Below are positions 1 through 13,496 of a stretch of 64,000 nucleotides of DNA, one piece after another. Position numbers and translations under genes: made by a program. The stretch lies in NCBI GenBank assembly GCA_012295275.1, contig CM022674.1:2728001-2792000 (forward strand), given 5' to 3'. This DNA comes from Chrysomallon squamiferum. Taxonomy: Eukaryota > Animalia > Mollusca. How positions within the stretch are numbered: the stretch's first letter is position 1; each line of letters starts with the position of its first letter. A model generated the notes under the pieces. The model was not told where the DNA came from. It did not search any database and was given only the letters and a program-made list of their open reading frames with translations.

Positions 1-1802
1 GTACTTGGTACAGATTTGCTAATATTAATTTATATACGTGCATTTAAATATTTTGTATATTTTGTTCATATATATGGCCCTGTCTAAGTTTCTTATGTTA
101 AAGTGTCACAAAACTTTTTGTCTATGATTGTTAGGACAAGACAAGACAATATATATATAAAACCCACATAAAATTAACAGTATTTTCTCTAGTGGTACAA
201 AACATATATTTTTACTTAACCCTGAAGACTGACTATCAGTGACAAAAGTGATTTTTAAAAAAGAAATTTGGTTGCTATTGACGTAGAAAATAAATGTTGA
301 AATGTTACTGCATTTGATCTAAGTGTATAATAATACAGTATATATTCTGAAAATAAAGAAATAAAGATGTACAATTAAAAATGCATCACCACTATCAGAA
401 TTACATCAATCATTAAATGACACATTGAGCCATCTTTCAATATTGAACCAGCTACCAGTTTCTTTAAGGACACTTAACATTAGTGGTTCTAATATTTTTA
501 TTTGTTAGCACCTTTAACAGATAATGTTCCAATTTAAATTCATCTTTAAACACTCTGTAATTAATGCCTTGAGATGGCTCATGTTTGTATCTATTCCATT
601 TTTGTAAGAACCAGTCAGGTACATTTTTTAAGAGTTTATTTTGTCCACAAGACATTCACTTGGACACATGAAGGTATGCTTCATAAAACAAAATAGATTC
701 ATCTAGTACAGCTTTCATAGGAGATTTAGCATTTATACTACAGTTGTATGATAAGAAAATGTATAGAATAGCAGACAATTTAGATGTTTTACTTTAACAC
801 TTATGGACATAAACCATAAATCTTGCTGTTGTCTTGTTAACACATAATATATATTTGACAAACATATCTAAATTACTAAAACCCCAGATCTGACAGCCAT
901 ATAATAATATTGGTTTTATAGTTTTTTCAAACAAATCTGATAGTCGATGATTAAGTTATATTGATCTGCATTTTGTTAATACAGTTTTTGTTTCTGTATA
1001 AATAATGTATCTACACCATATTGTATAATTTGTTGTATCTATTCAAATGCTGTATTATTATTACTATATAGTTTTGCGCTTCTATTCAGCTATTATAATA
1101 CTGTGCATATTTAAGAAATTTTGACCTAAGTTTTACTTTTCACTGAAACACTGTGAAGGATTTATTGCACATATCAGTTTAAAAAGATGTAACTATATGT
1201 TATGGTTCCCTGTAATAAAACAATAGTAAAACCAATGCTAATTTTGAACAGGTTATTCAGTCGGTGAAAAGTCAAGCAGTTTAAAACTCAGATTTGTTAT
1301 ATTATTCATGATGACTTGATTTATTACTGGTGGTTATATTAGACTGTTTATATATGAAAATATCTGTTAAATAGGATATAATAATTAAAGCATGTATTTT
1401 AATGTTGAGCACAACATTTTTAATTTATATATTTTTTTCATTTCATAAAATGCTTGCTTTTTAAAATAAATTTGTATTTTGAAGTAAAATGTAATTTTTC
1501 AATATAATTATAATTTTAATGTATATTGTACTTTTTTTTTTACTTTCATTTGTTTTATTGTCAGACAAAATGAAATATCTGCATTTTTTTTTACTTGTTA
1601 ATATTGTTAATATAGATATATATATATATGTATATGTATGTATACACATACACATAATAATTATAAAATAGTAGTTAATAGCAGTTTAAATTAGGAATAC
1701 CCTTATTTGATGCATAATATTATTTTATTATTTAATATTTCTTTTTGTTGGCTGAGGTAATTTTAGATTTATTAATGATCGTTATTAATGTTCTTATTGC
1801 CA

Positions 1803-1837
<35 letters not shown>

Positions 1838-2316
1838 TGGGAATCTATTCAGCTTATTTCTTTCTTTCTTTGTTTGCTTTTACTTTTATCTGTTTAATCA
1901 TTAGAATATAATGAATGAATTTACATAACAAGATACTTGTACATATTTTTAATTACATGGTTTATTTCTTGATAATTTGCGTGGCAGAACGTTTTTGTTA
2001 CCTTTGTTTTGTGTGATAACTAATTTTAGATCACACTTGAACTTAGTTCAAATTATAATTAACTGTATCTTTAATTAATAAATGAAAAGGAACAAATCAG
2101 GTTTGCTTCTCATGTGTTACACACCCTGTTCTTACAGCTGGACGAACTAATTAAGCCAATTCCAGTAATGGTAGTGTAATAGTCACCGATGACCTGGTGT
2201 TTTTCATTTTATTCTGTTACTAAATACATTGATAATAAAGAATAAAAAATAGGAAGAAGGAAAATACTAATTACAATAATAATAATAATAATAATAATAA
2301 CAGAAAAATAAATAAT
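1..2316. repeat. Copy A of a ~2.4-kb tandem duplication (begins before the window)
   Basis: The sequence at 1 (gtacttggtacagatttgct...) recurs at 2411 and stays colinear with few substitutions and small indels. Homology ends at about 2316 versus about 4756 (...agaaaaataaataat). Confidence 0.95.
370..990 (-). mobile_element. Degenerate 3' fragment of a LINE (non-LTR retrotransposon) ORF2
   Basis: Minus-strand translation gives SDLFEKTIKPILLYGCQIWGFSNLD (post-RT 'PILLYGCEIWG'-type motif), then GINYRVFKDEFKLEHYLLK...RTTNVKCP/KETGSWFNIER, typical of a LINE ORF2 C-terminus. Stops and frameshifts are present. Confidence 0.75.
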
Positions 2317-4708
2317 CAGAAAATATCTTCTAGTACACAAAAATAAAAATCCTAATATTTATATAGTTGAGACACGTTTATGTACTTATGAATTTGGTAT
2401 GTATATTTATGTACTTGGTACAGATTTGCTAATATTAATTTATATACATGCATTTAAATATTTTGTATATTTTGTTCATATATATCGCTCTCTCTAAGTT
2501 TCTTATGTTAAAGTGTCACAAAACTTTTTGTCTATGATTGTTAGGACAAGACAAGAAAATATATATATAAAACCCTCATAAATTTAACAGTATTTTCTCT
2601 AGTGGTACAAAACATATATTTTTACTTAACCCTGAAGACTGACTATCAGTGACAAAAGTGATTTTTAAAAAAGAAATTTGGTTGCTATTGATGTAGAAAA
2701 TAAATGTTGAAATGTTATTCCATTTGATCTAAGTGTATAATAATACAGTATATATTCTGAAAATAAAGAAATAAAGATGTACAATTAAAAATGCATCACC
2801 ACTATCAGAATTGCATCAATCATTAAATGACACATTGAGCCATCTTTCAATATTGAACTAGCTACCAGTTTCTTTAAGAACACTTAACATTAGTGGTTCT
2901 AATTTTTTAAAATGTTATCAGCTTTAACAGATAATGTTCCAATTTAAATTCATCTTTAAACACTCTGTAATTAATGGCTCATGTTTGTATCTATTCCATT
3001 TTTGTAAGAACCAGTCAGGTACATTTTTTAAGAGTTTATTTTGTCCACAAGACATTCACTTGGACACATGAAGGTATGCTTCATAAAACAAAATAGATTC
3101 ATCTAGTACAGCTTTCATAGGAGATTTAGCATTTATACTACAGTTGTATGATAAGAAAATGTATAGCACAGCAGACAATTTAGATGTTTTACTTTAACAC
3201 TTATGGACATAAACCATAAATCTTGCTGTTCTCTTGTTAACACATAATATATATTTGACAAACATATCTAAATTACTAAAACCCCAGATTTGACAGCCAT
3301 ATAATAATATTGGTTTTATAGTTTTTTCAAACAAATCTGATAGTCGATGATTAAGTTATATTGATCTGCATTTTGTTAATACAGTTTTTGTTTCTGTATA
3401 AATAATGTATCTACACCATATTGTATAATTTGTTGTATCTATTCAAATGCTGTATTATTATTACTATATAGTTTTGCGCTTCTATTCAGCTATTATAATA
3501 CTGTGCATATTTAAGAAATTTTGACCTAAGTTTTACTTTTCACTGAAACACTGTGAAGGATTTATTGCACATATCAGTTTAAAAAGATGTAACTATATGT
3601 TATGGTTCCCTGTAATAAAACAATAGTAAAACCTAAGCTAATTTTGAACAGGTTATTCAGTCGGTGAAAAGTCAAGCAGTTTTTAACTCAGATTTGTTAT
3701 ATTATTCATGATGACTTGATTTATTACTGGTGGTTATATTAGACTGTTTATGTATGAAAATATCTGTTAAATAGGATATAATAATTAAAGCATGTATTTT
3801 AATGTTGAGCACAACATTTTTAATTTATATTTTTTTTTCATTTTATAAAATGCTTGCTTTTTAAAATAAATTTGTATTTTGAAGTAAAATGTAATTTTTC
3901 AATATAGTTATAATTTTAATGTATATTGTACTTTTTTTTACTTTCATTTGTTTTATTGTCAGACAAAATGAAATATCTGCATTTTTTTTTTTACTTGTTA
4001 ATCAGGAGATACATTAACATATTGTTAATATACATATATATATATATGTATGTATGTATACACACACAGATAATAATTATAAAATAGTAGTTAATAGCAG
4101 TTTAAATTAGGAATACCCTTATTTGATGCATAATATTATTTTATTATTTAATATTTCTTTTTGTTGGCTGAGGTAATTTTAGATTTATTAATGATCGTTA
4201 TTAAGGTTCTTATTGCCATTATTATTATTATTATTACTATTATTATTATGAATATTATTATTATTATTACTTTGGAATCTATTCAGTTTATTTATTTATT
4301 TCTTTGTTTGCTTTTACTTTTATCTGTTTAATCATTAGAATATAATGAATGAATTTACATAACAAGATACTTGTACATATTTTTAATTACATGGTTTATT
4401 TTTTGATAATTTGCATGACAGAACGTTTTTGTTACCTTTGTTTTGTGTGTTAACTAATTTTAGATCAAACTTGAACTTAGTTCAAATTATAATTAACTGT
4501 ATCTTTAATTAATAAATGAAAAGGAACAAATCAGGTTTGTTTCTCATTTGTTACACACCCTGTTCTTACAGCTGGATGAACTAATTAAGCCAATTCCAGT
4601 AATGTTAGTGTAATAGTCACCGATGACTTGGTGTTTTTTATTTTATTCTGTTACTAAATACATTGATAATAAAGAATAAAAAATAGGAAGAAGGAAAATT
4701 CTAATTAC

Positions 4709-4742
<34 letters not shown>

Positions 4743-4756
4743 GAAAAATAAATAAT
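2317..4756. repeat. Copy B of the ~2.4-kb tandem duplication
   Basis: Colinear with copy A. Differences include a 10-bp deletion near 2976, extra sequence (atcaggagatacattaac) near 4001 and different microsatellite lengths. Confidence 0.95.
2780..3390 (-). mobile_element. Second copy of the LINE ORF2 relic (duplicated with the 2.4-kb unit)
   Basis: Same motifs as 370-990 (KPILLYGCQIWGF encoded at about 3280-3320), with a 10-bp deletion. Confidence 0.75.
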
Positions 4757-4817
4757 TCTTTTTCTTCTAATTTTTCTTTTCTTTATGTTTCTCATCTAAC
4801 TCTTTTTCTTTTTTCTT

Positions 4818-4849
<32 letters not shown>

Positions 4850-5192
4850 CAATATTATTTTGAATCGTCCATATCTCTACTTCATCACTTCTTCCTATTT
4901 TACATATTTTTCTGATTAAAAAGTTGCTTCTTCTTCTGTTTATTTATTTATTTTGTTTCCCCACTTCATTCTCCTTGGATTTTACATCAGACTAAAATAT
5001 AACTAGAAAACAACAACAACAACCAAAAACAAAACAAACTAAAAAACATAAAAAAAGTAAATAAACTGAAATATTCTATATATGTAAATAGTCAATAAAA
5101 GGTACGTGATAAAATAAGTTTGAAAAGTTATGACGAAGAATTTTAATAGTTCGGTATTAAACTAAACTGTGAAGCAATTGGTTAATTTCTTT
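4850..5192 (+). repeat. Diverged dispersed direct repeat, copy 1 (homologous to 16830-17246)
   Basis: Shared colinear blocks include cttcatcactt.ttcctatttta, ttttacatcagactaaa.tataact, tattct.tatatgtaaa, gaatttta...gttc.gtattaaactaaa and tggttaatttcttt. Confidence 0.8.
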
Positions 5193-5629
5193 TATTTTTA
5201 TTATAATAAACATGGCTCACCCTCAGGCGGTACTAATTTTAAATTTACAATGTTAATGAAACAGGTGGGTCCAAGTTTGCCACATCTGGGTTAGACCTAA
5301 TTCTTTTTTGTTTTTGTTTTTACTTTTTTTCTTCTATAAGTTAGAACACAAGAGCCACTATTAATAATTTTATCACAAATATTTATTTCACACAAAATAA
5401 AACAAGTTAATGCTAATGGTTAGAAGCTAAAAAAACCTGTTAACTGAATATATAATAGCATTAAACCATTCAATGGGATGGGAAAAAGGTTGCTAGATTG
5501 TGTAAGCTGATAAAATGAAGATAAACCTGATCAATATTATATTGCATATTGCCAGTTTTGGGTTCACTGAAAATTATAAATGAATGTTTAAACAGCAACA
5601 ACAACAACAGTAATGAAAACATTTTCCTA

Positions 5630-6570
5630 CATGACAAACCTCTTCAGAGAAATAGCTACAAAAATCTTACCCACTCTTGGAGCTAAACCAAAATCAAAGA
5701 CTAATGCCAAAACCTTCCAAATCTTTTATGAAAAAAAACTCTCTTCAAATAAATAGTTACTAAAATCTAGACATACACCTGGAGCTAACCCAAACCCTAA
5801 CCTTAACCAGAATCCTTAATCCTAGCACAAGCAATGACATTTTTTCTGACAATATGATAAATTAAGGAAATATTAAAATAAAATTTATTTTAAATTTTAT
5901 CCTGATCATAAAATTTCCCATGTTAATTTATGAAAGACAGACACTATGAAATTTACCATAATACTCATTAAAAACTATCCCAAGCTAATTTAACAAATAA
6001 AGTAATTAGGAAACGATAGCTTAATACTAATGACAAAATTTGGTTAGGTCTTAAATGAAAAGACCCTTCTGAACCTAAATTTAGACATAAACCTAGCCCA
6101 AAACCTAACTCTAACCCTAGCCTTTAACATAACCCTAACTGTAACCCCAGATCTTAACCCAAGCTAACACCTTTCTTGTAACAAGATGATAATGTGAGAG
6201 ATTTGATGAAATACATGTTGTTTTTAATTTTATCACTATATCATTAATTAACAAATAAGGTCATTATCAATTTTTTCCAACACTAATAACAAAATTTTAG
6301 CAAGGCTGATATGAAAAGTCTGCATGATAAATAACTACAGAATACAAAACTTACCTCTGGAACTAAATCTAAACCTAAACATAAATCTAATTATAAATTA
6401 ATGCCTTGCTCAGATAAGTCATTTTCAGTTTAATCCTGACACTGAACATAAAGTTTAAGAAACAAAGGTATTTTGAAATTTTATATAACACTAGTGCTAT
6501 AATTTTTCCAAGTCTTACATGAAGAAATCTCTTCAGATAAATAATTTGTACAATCTAAACTTATTTGAAA
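5630..6570. repeat. Old, diverged tandem repeat (~5 units) with (CCCTAA)-like telomeric tracts
   Basis: A recurring unit, ctcttcagataaata..tac.aaatct...ctggagctaa, starts near 5637, 5738, 6057, 6313 and 6521. Several units are followed by cctaaccctaacc-like runs (5785-5825, 6090-6165). Confidence 0.6.
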
Positions 6571-6869
6571 AGCAAGTACTGTTACTTGTGAATGTTGGGG
6601 TATGATTTGTAAATCTTGCTTTCAGTGAACTGACCAATGGAAACAGGTGATGGGGACATATTCATAAGGAATATTTTGATCAGTAATTTAATTTACATTA
6701 ACCATCAGCTCTTTATTATTACTTCTGTTTCAATCTGTTTCTGTCAAAATGACACCTAATTTTGGAGCCTGTCCTAAACATTCAGAAGTAGATACTTCTA
6801 GTTTTATACAAGTATTTGTTTCTCAAATGCTTTTGAATCTATGTTTAGTAATTATATAAATTCAGTTTG

Positions 6870-6907
<38 letters not shown>

Positions 6908-6941
6908 CACTAAACATTAATTTTACAATAAAACATACCTG

Positions 6942-6982
<41 letters not shown>

Positions 6983-7429
6983 ATAAAAAACACTTGGTGA
7001 GGATTCATTAAATGTAATGTAATTATGAATGTTGTAATAAAACAACTAAAAATCCTAGTTCCGTTTTCACTTGATGACAAAGTTATAAGAAACAGACTTT
7101 GTAATGATTTTCTCGTTTATCATTACGTAAAGCAGTTTTTATTTACTTAACAGTTGCGAATGCTAAACTATCAATTCTTATTTCTTACACAAATTTTTTT
7201 TTTTTTTTTTTTATCATAAAATAAGCATGAAATAAAATAACAAATACCTTTAACAATTACTTCTCACTTTTTATTAATCTCTGTAGAAAATGTAGACAAT
7301 TACAGTAGTGCCTTATTCTTTGAACTGAATCCATTTCAGGAAGTCATCTGAACTTTAAATTGCTCCAAGCAAAATAAAATAAAATAAAATAAAGTAAAAG
7401 TAAAAATGAGCAAAACTGAAAAAAAATAA

Positions 7430-7800
<371 letters not shown>

Positions 7801-7959
7801 GTTTATTGAATCTGGCAGTGAGATTATAACATCTTAACTGGACACACCAGTTGTTCCATTTCTGGCAGTTTATTTCTCACCCTTGCTAATTGGTGTTCCG
7901 TCACCTTAACTGATGTACTTTTGTTAAACTGTATTTTGTCCACAATTTGTAGGACAATC

Positions 7960-8295
7960 AGTCACACTTTACACATGAAATGTCCCAGAAAGCACTGCAA
8001 CGTGAGCTGACAAGTAGGAAGCTGTGTCCCAGGTACATGTGATGTACTCCAGTCCCAGCAGGAAGAGCTTGTGCTTGTCTTCTTCGGTGTGGCAGGACTT
8101 TGCTGATTTTGGGACATTTTTCACTCTCTGTCTGTACAAGCTGCATTTGATGCCTTCAAACATACTCAGCATGGAAGCTATGTCCTGTGATGTTGTGTCT
8201 CCACACCCAGTAAACAACTTCTTCCTCTCCTCTTAATTTTCTTGCAATCTCTATTCCGGCTCACCTCTGCTCTTCACTGCTCATTAAAGTTAATC
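7960..8295 (-). mobile_element. Degenerate Mutator-like (MULE) transposase fragment
   Basis: EERKKLF...DIASMLSMFEGIKCSLYRQRVKNVPK resembles the 'LPxFxSIRSSLYRxRxKxxPKLP' block that precedes MULE DDE domains. A downstream SGTFHV resembles the DGTF motif. It is interrupted by stops and flanked by microsatellites. Confidence 0.5.
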
Positions 8296-8307
8296 TTGTT
8301 AATCGTT

Positions 8308-8310
8308 ATA

Positions 8311-8361
<51 letters not shown>

Positions 8362-8420
8362 ATGTATGTATATATTTATATATGTATATATGTATGTATA
8401 TATGTATGCATATATGAATG

Positions 8421-8469
<49 letters not shown>

Positions 8470-8505
8470 ATATATATATATATGTACACACACACACTCA
8501 CACAC
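8308..8505. repeat. (TA)n/(TATG)n/(CA)n microsatellite
   Basis: Direct inspection. Confidence 0.95.
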
Positions 8506-8681
8506 AAACAATTCAGATAAAAAAATAAAATATACTGAACTGTTTAAAAAGAAACAAATGTATCAACATTAATCAGATGCATATGCAATAATATTAATAA
8601 TAATAATAATATTTAAAGTATTTTAAACATTTATTAGTAATTTACACTAGTATTTTATAAAACGTTATACAACATTCACAT

Positions 8682-9457
8682 TTAAGGATCAGCTCCATGT
8701 TCCAAAAATAGACAAACTACTTTGGAATGTTCATCATTCATGTATGAATGCTGTTGACAATCATAATTCAGAGCTGTAGGAAAACGAAATTTCACCTCCA
8801 TTGTTCTTAACACCTGTTTTAATCCGTGCTCTCACAATTTCTATTCTTTCATTGTTCAGCTGCTGCATGAAGTACAAACTTGTTACATGTCTGTTAATCT
8901 CATACTAGCTCCACGTTCCAGTAAGTACAGAGCCACTTTGTTCTGTTTGTAGTTTACAGCTGTAAGAAGAGGAGTTTCACCTCTACTGTTTTTACATTTA
9001 CATCGACACCTTTTTTAATCAGACATGTCACAATTTCTACATCTCCCTGCTCAGCTGCTGTGTGTAAAACAGAATTGTTATCACTGTCTGTTAAATTAGG
9101 ATCAGCTCCGTGCTCCAGCAAATACAAAACTACTTTGTTCCTGTTTGTAGCTGACAGCTGTAGAAAGAGCAGTTTTACCTTCACTGTTTATACTGTTCAC
9201 ATTAATACCCTTGTCTACCAGTGCCCTTACAACATCCACATATCCTTTTTCAGCTGCTAGGTGTAAAGCTGAATTCTTATTATTATCTGTAATGTTAATG
9301 TCTGCTCCATTTTCTAGTAAAAACAAAGCTAATTCTTTTCTGTGCTTCTTCATAACTACAGCATCATGAAGTGGAGTTTTTCCCTTACTGTTCACTGCAT
9401 TAATATCAGCACTTCTTTTTACTAGTGTATTCAACAAAGGTAAGTTATCACGCAGGA
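8682..9457 (-). pseudogene. Frameshifted C-terminal ankyrin-repeat array of the NLR-like gene (real decay or assembly indels)
   Basis: Ankyrin repeats continue across frames: SPLHISV/LRDNLPLLNTLVKRSADINAVNSKGKTPLHDAV..., NSALHLAAEKGYVDVVRALVDKGINVN, NSVLHTAAEQGDVEIVTCLIKKGVDVN, GETPLLTAVNYKQNKVALYLLERGA, ...KVVCLFLEHGADP* (TAA 8684-8682). Indels: +1 near 9455, +1 near 9140, -1 near 8990, and more between 8770 and 8890. Minus-strand AATAAA at 8635-8630. Confidence 0.8.
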
Positions 9458-12400
9458 ACTGAAATGTGGAGAGGCGAGTCAGAAGGCAATAGATGCAATC
9501 TTGTCTCTGTTGACCATCGAATCACATCACATGTACAATTTTTATTGACAAGGTTAAACCAATGAATCAGTGTCATATTAACGGCTACATTAGCATTAGG
9601 ATCAGCTCCTTGATCAAGTAGACACTGAACAACATCTGCATTGTTAAACATCACAGCTACTTTCAGTACCTGACTTCTCTTCCAGTTTTTCTCATCTGTA
9701 TCATTTCGTCTCTGGTCAATGAGAAAATTCACTGTGTCAGCAGAACCCCATATAGCTGCTGCTAAAAGAACTTCATCTCTGTTCTCATCATTTAAACAAT
9801 CAGGTTTTACTTTCACTATTTCTTTTATAACATTTGAACTCCTCTGACCAGCGGCAATGACAGCAATGTTTTCAATTTTATTTATTATTTCAATGGTAAA
9901 AAGTTTCTTAAAAAGATGGCTCATGTCAACATCTTTATCAATTAGTGATTTTTTGATATATTTGTCAGAAATCGCGTGACGTACATGTGTATGGAACCTA
10001 ACCAATAAAAGTTTCACAGCCTTTTCTCTGATTTCACATTCGTCTTTTTCAGTATTGATAATGTCAACAACCAAGGAACAGGCTATGTTCATGTTACACG
10101 AATAAATAGAAAGATACAACAACTGTAAGCAATGATTAAATTTTACCCCCTTTTCAAAACATAGCTGTTCTTTGAGTATGGTAACATTATCAGATTCTGA
10201 ACATGCAGCTACACTGAATGTATCAGCTGTTGGCAGAACACCTGACTGTAACAAAAAGCTCACAGCATCTTCATCACCAAACAAACAAGAAATATTCAAA
10301 AGTTCTTTTTTCTGATCTGTAAATTCCATTGTACACATTTTTGATGTGAAATATTTCGACAACATTCTTAGTCCATTTGCAACACACTCACTTGCGACAG
10401 ATGATGAATTTATACTTATTTCTTTAACTTTGAATACTGTCTGAGGCTCAGAATGACTGTCACAGAAATCTACAATTTCGTCAAATAAATCAAGGAAGTT
10501 TTCATCTACCTCACATGCACAAGAATGTTCTATTCTATTCAGTTTCTGATTCAGTATTTCAGACAATTTGCCATAAAAGTGTCTTTCCTCTATCATATAC
10601 TTCACAAATTCTTCATCTTTCAGTGATGGATGTAAAATGATTTCTCTGGCGTTGCTTGATGCCATCAGGTCAGTGAATCTGTGAGCAAGAACATCAAAGC
10701 AGTCTGGTTTCAGTGTCATGGTAATGTGACTTTTGTTAGACACTCCAGGTGTCACAACATATTCTAACAACATGGAGACAGGACAGAATTCTAGCAACTC
10801 TGCTGCTTTCTTTGGAAACTCTGATGAAAAGATCAGAAACAAACAGTCAAACACTGACTGGTGAATAAATGTGTATCTGTTGTCATAAAAATTTAAGTAG
10901 GTACCACACATTACATCAGCTGCTGTCTTTATATGTGTGAGACTTGTGTGTTTCAAACTCAGACAGGCACTCTCCAGCACTCTTACTAATTTCATTATGT
11001 CACTGTCGATGTCATTTTCAAATGGGTTCAGCAAATCAATGCTGAGACTGCCTTGCTGGAACATGATCACCAGCAGAACCAGATAATTGATCTGTGAGGA
11101 CTGATCACTTTTCATATTGTTCAGCTGTTGTGCGAGATATTCTACAGGTTTCTTAAAAAACTCAACTCCTCTTTCTTGTGCATCACTTGAATTAACATAA
11201 TACACACACACCTGAGGGAATCCTAGCTCTGCACATGAACTGACAATGACAGTGTCTTTGTCAATTAGATCCATTTCCATTTTGTTTTTTTCTAGATATC
11301 TGTTTAGAATTATTTTCTTTTCATCATGAAGCAGGCAACAGTCATCACTCTGCAGGTCAAGGAGATGATTCTCATTAAACAGTTCAAACTCCTTCAAACT
11401 GGTTTTACTTTTTGCAAATATTTGATTTCGTAAGGTAATAATACATTTGATAGAACCATCCTGAACAAGACTCAGCACCATTGGAAATTTCAGTTGCCAT
11501 GACGACATGAAATCTGAAATGAGATTAGTCTTACCAAATATGTCATCAATGAGAACAACACATTTCTTATTTCTTGACAGAGAGATGTCATTGAATTCAG
11601 TGTGATGTGTCAGGAAGTAAGATTCTCTTTTCTCTTCATTTTCTATCTGTCTCATTATGCTCAAAGCTAGAGTTGTCTTCCCTGAACCTGGACATCCTAC
11701 TACAATCACAACACCAGTCCTCTGCAAAAGTGTCACACCTCTTTTCTCTGCTCTTGTTTCAACATAGACATTCCAGTCAACAGACTGAATCGTTGATCTG
11801 GTAGACACTGTATCAAAACATGTTAAAAAAATAACATCTATTATAAAGTAAAGTGATTTGAATAGGGTTTTGCTATTTAAATATGTGGCATCAGAATTTG
11901 AAGTTCTTTAAAAAACACAATAGTCTGTTGTCATAATACTTGTTCATCAGAATTTATGAAAACATCAGTGATAAGATTAAAATCAACTAGATGATTATCT
12001 TGTTATTAACGAACATTTTTCTAAACTTGACAAGGAAAAAAATACGTACCTTTAATATTGGATGTTCTTCCATCAATCTTTGCTGAAATAATACATAAAT
12101 AAAACAAGTAAGTTTCTGTTACTGAAAAGTAAACATGAAATATTAATAAAAGTGATCTCTACAAATATTCTGCAGTTTAGTCATAAAATTAAAAGCCTGA
12201 AACATTATTATAGTCTAATTGATTTTACTATAGTTATTACTATTGTCAAACTACTGCCATGGTTGCTGTTTCTTCATAATATTGTTATTTGTTTATTTAT
12301 TGCTATTGCTATTGTTATTGTTCTATATACTTTGTATAATATTTTAATATTTATAGCTGATAATAACGATACTTTTGTATAGTGTTTCAATATTCAGTGG

Positions 12401-12783
12401 TGATAATAATCACAGATATATAGACTGAATTAATGACTTGCATGAAGACAGTCTAGTTCTGTACAACAGTCTGTGTGTCTGCCAGTGGTTCAATGATAAT
12501 GCAAATTTGCACAACTGCATTGAATAATTTTTGAATGGTTTAATAACCTGCAATTTCTGAAAACCTTGTGTGTGAGTGTTTGTGTACGTGTGCATGTATG
12601 TTAGTATATGTTTATGTGTGTAAATGTTCAGAGAAAAGTAAACAGCTATAATAGGAATTTTGAATTGAAACCAGGACATAATTACATTAAAAAAAATTAT
12701 GTGTTTATGTCCTGCATTCAATTCAAAATTTCTATTATAGCTGTTTAGTTTTCTCTGAAATTTTATTTATAAATCATAAACCA

Positions 12784-12826
<43 letters not shown>

Positions 12827-13496
12827 GTTTACATAAGATACCGATAGAAAATTATTAATGATTACTGGGCTGTGTAGTTCTGTTATCTATCAAACTTACA
12901 AAGGAAAGAAAACTTTCAGTTTTTAACTTACTAGTTTTAACAACCTGATCTCCAAGCACAACATTCTTGCCACCATGGATGCTGTAATTGTGAACTGTGT
13001 TAAAAAGAATAATTACAGTTATCATGATGGTAATCAAACAGTAATTAGTGTGTCTTTTGTTTCACACTTTTCAGGTATCAAAACAAACAGGACATGAAAC
13101 TCTTTAAGTTCTTTATTTGTTATCAATATAAGTCAGAAAACTGTGTGTGCAGAAACCAAAGTAATTCTTTGTTTCGTACAACAGTTATAACCATAAAGGC
13201 ATCGAGCATACACTTTGAAGTGAAAGTAAAAGAAAACAGAAATAAATTATAACTCTCTTTTGTCAGAGTGGAACTGTTTGACGTCAAACAATATATTAAA
13301 AAACAGCACTATTATGCACACAAATAAAAAAGTTTTTTAAAATTCTGTTTAGATCTGCCCATCAAAATAGTAAACTACATAGTAGAGAACTACTGTGTTA
13401 TTAATTACCTGTAGGAGATGATTCTCTGGTGTTTTCAGACAAACTAACAGCTGCAGTGTTAGAACTGACTTCTGAATGCTCCTTTTCATCATCCAT
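9448..13496 (-). CDS. NLR-like protein: RHIM-like N-terminus + nSTAND3-type NTPase + ankyrin repeats (847 aa as assembled; about 1100 aa if the 3' frameshifts are errors)
   Basis: Exons 13496-13409 (MDDEKEHSEV...SSPT), 12994-12932 (VHNYSIHGGKNVVLGDQVVKT), 12082-12050 (TKIDGRTSNIK) and 11807-9448. All three introns are GT-AG, phase 1, and join in frame. Motifs: Walker A GCPGSGKT (11697-11674), Walker B VVLIDDIFG, sensor IITLRNQIF, GFP motif, winged-helix YTFIHQSVFD, then ankyrin repeats (VLKVAVMFNNADVVQCLLDQGADPN). Confidence 0.88.

Noticed and set aside
9102-9437. Separate small ankyrin genes (ORFs 9102-9437 and 8954-9184)
   Set aside because: They are out-of-frame continuations of the same ankyrin array, and single-base corrections join them.
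9448-11808. ORF-track start (GTG at 11808) as the real start of the NTPase protein
   Set aside because: The G belongs to a splice acceptor (cag|TG). Three upstream exons join in frame to an ATG at 13496.
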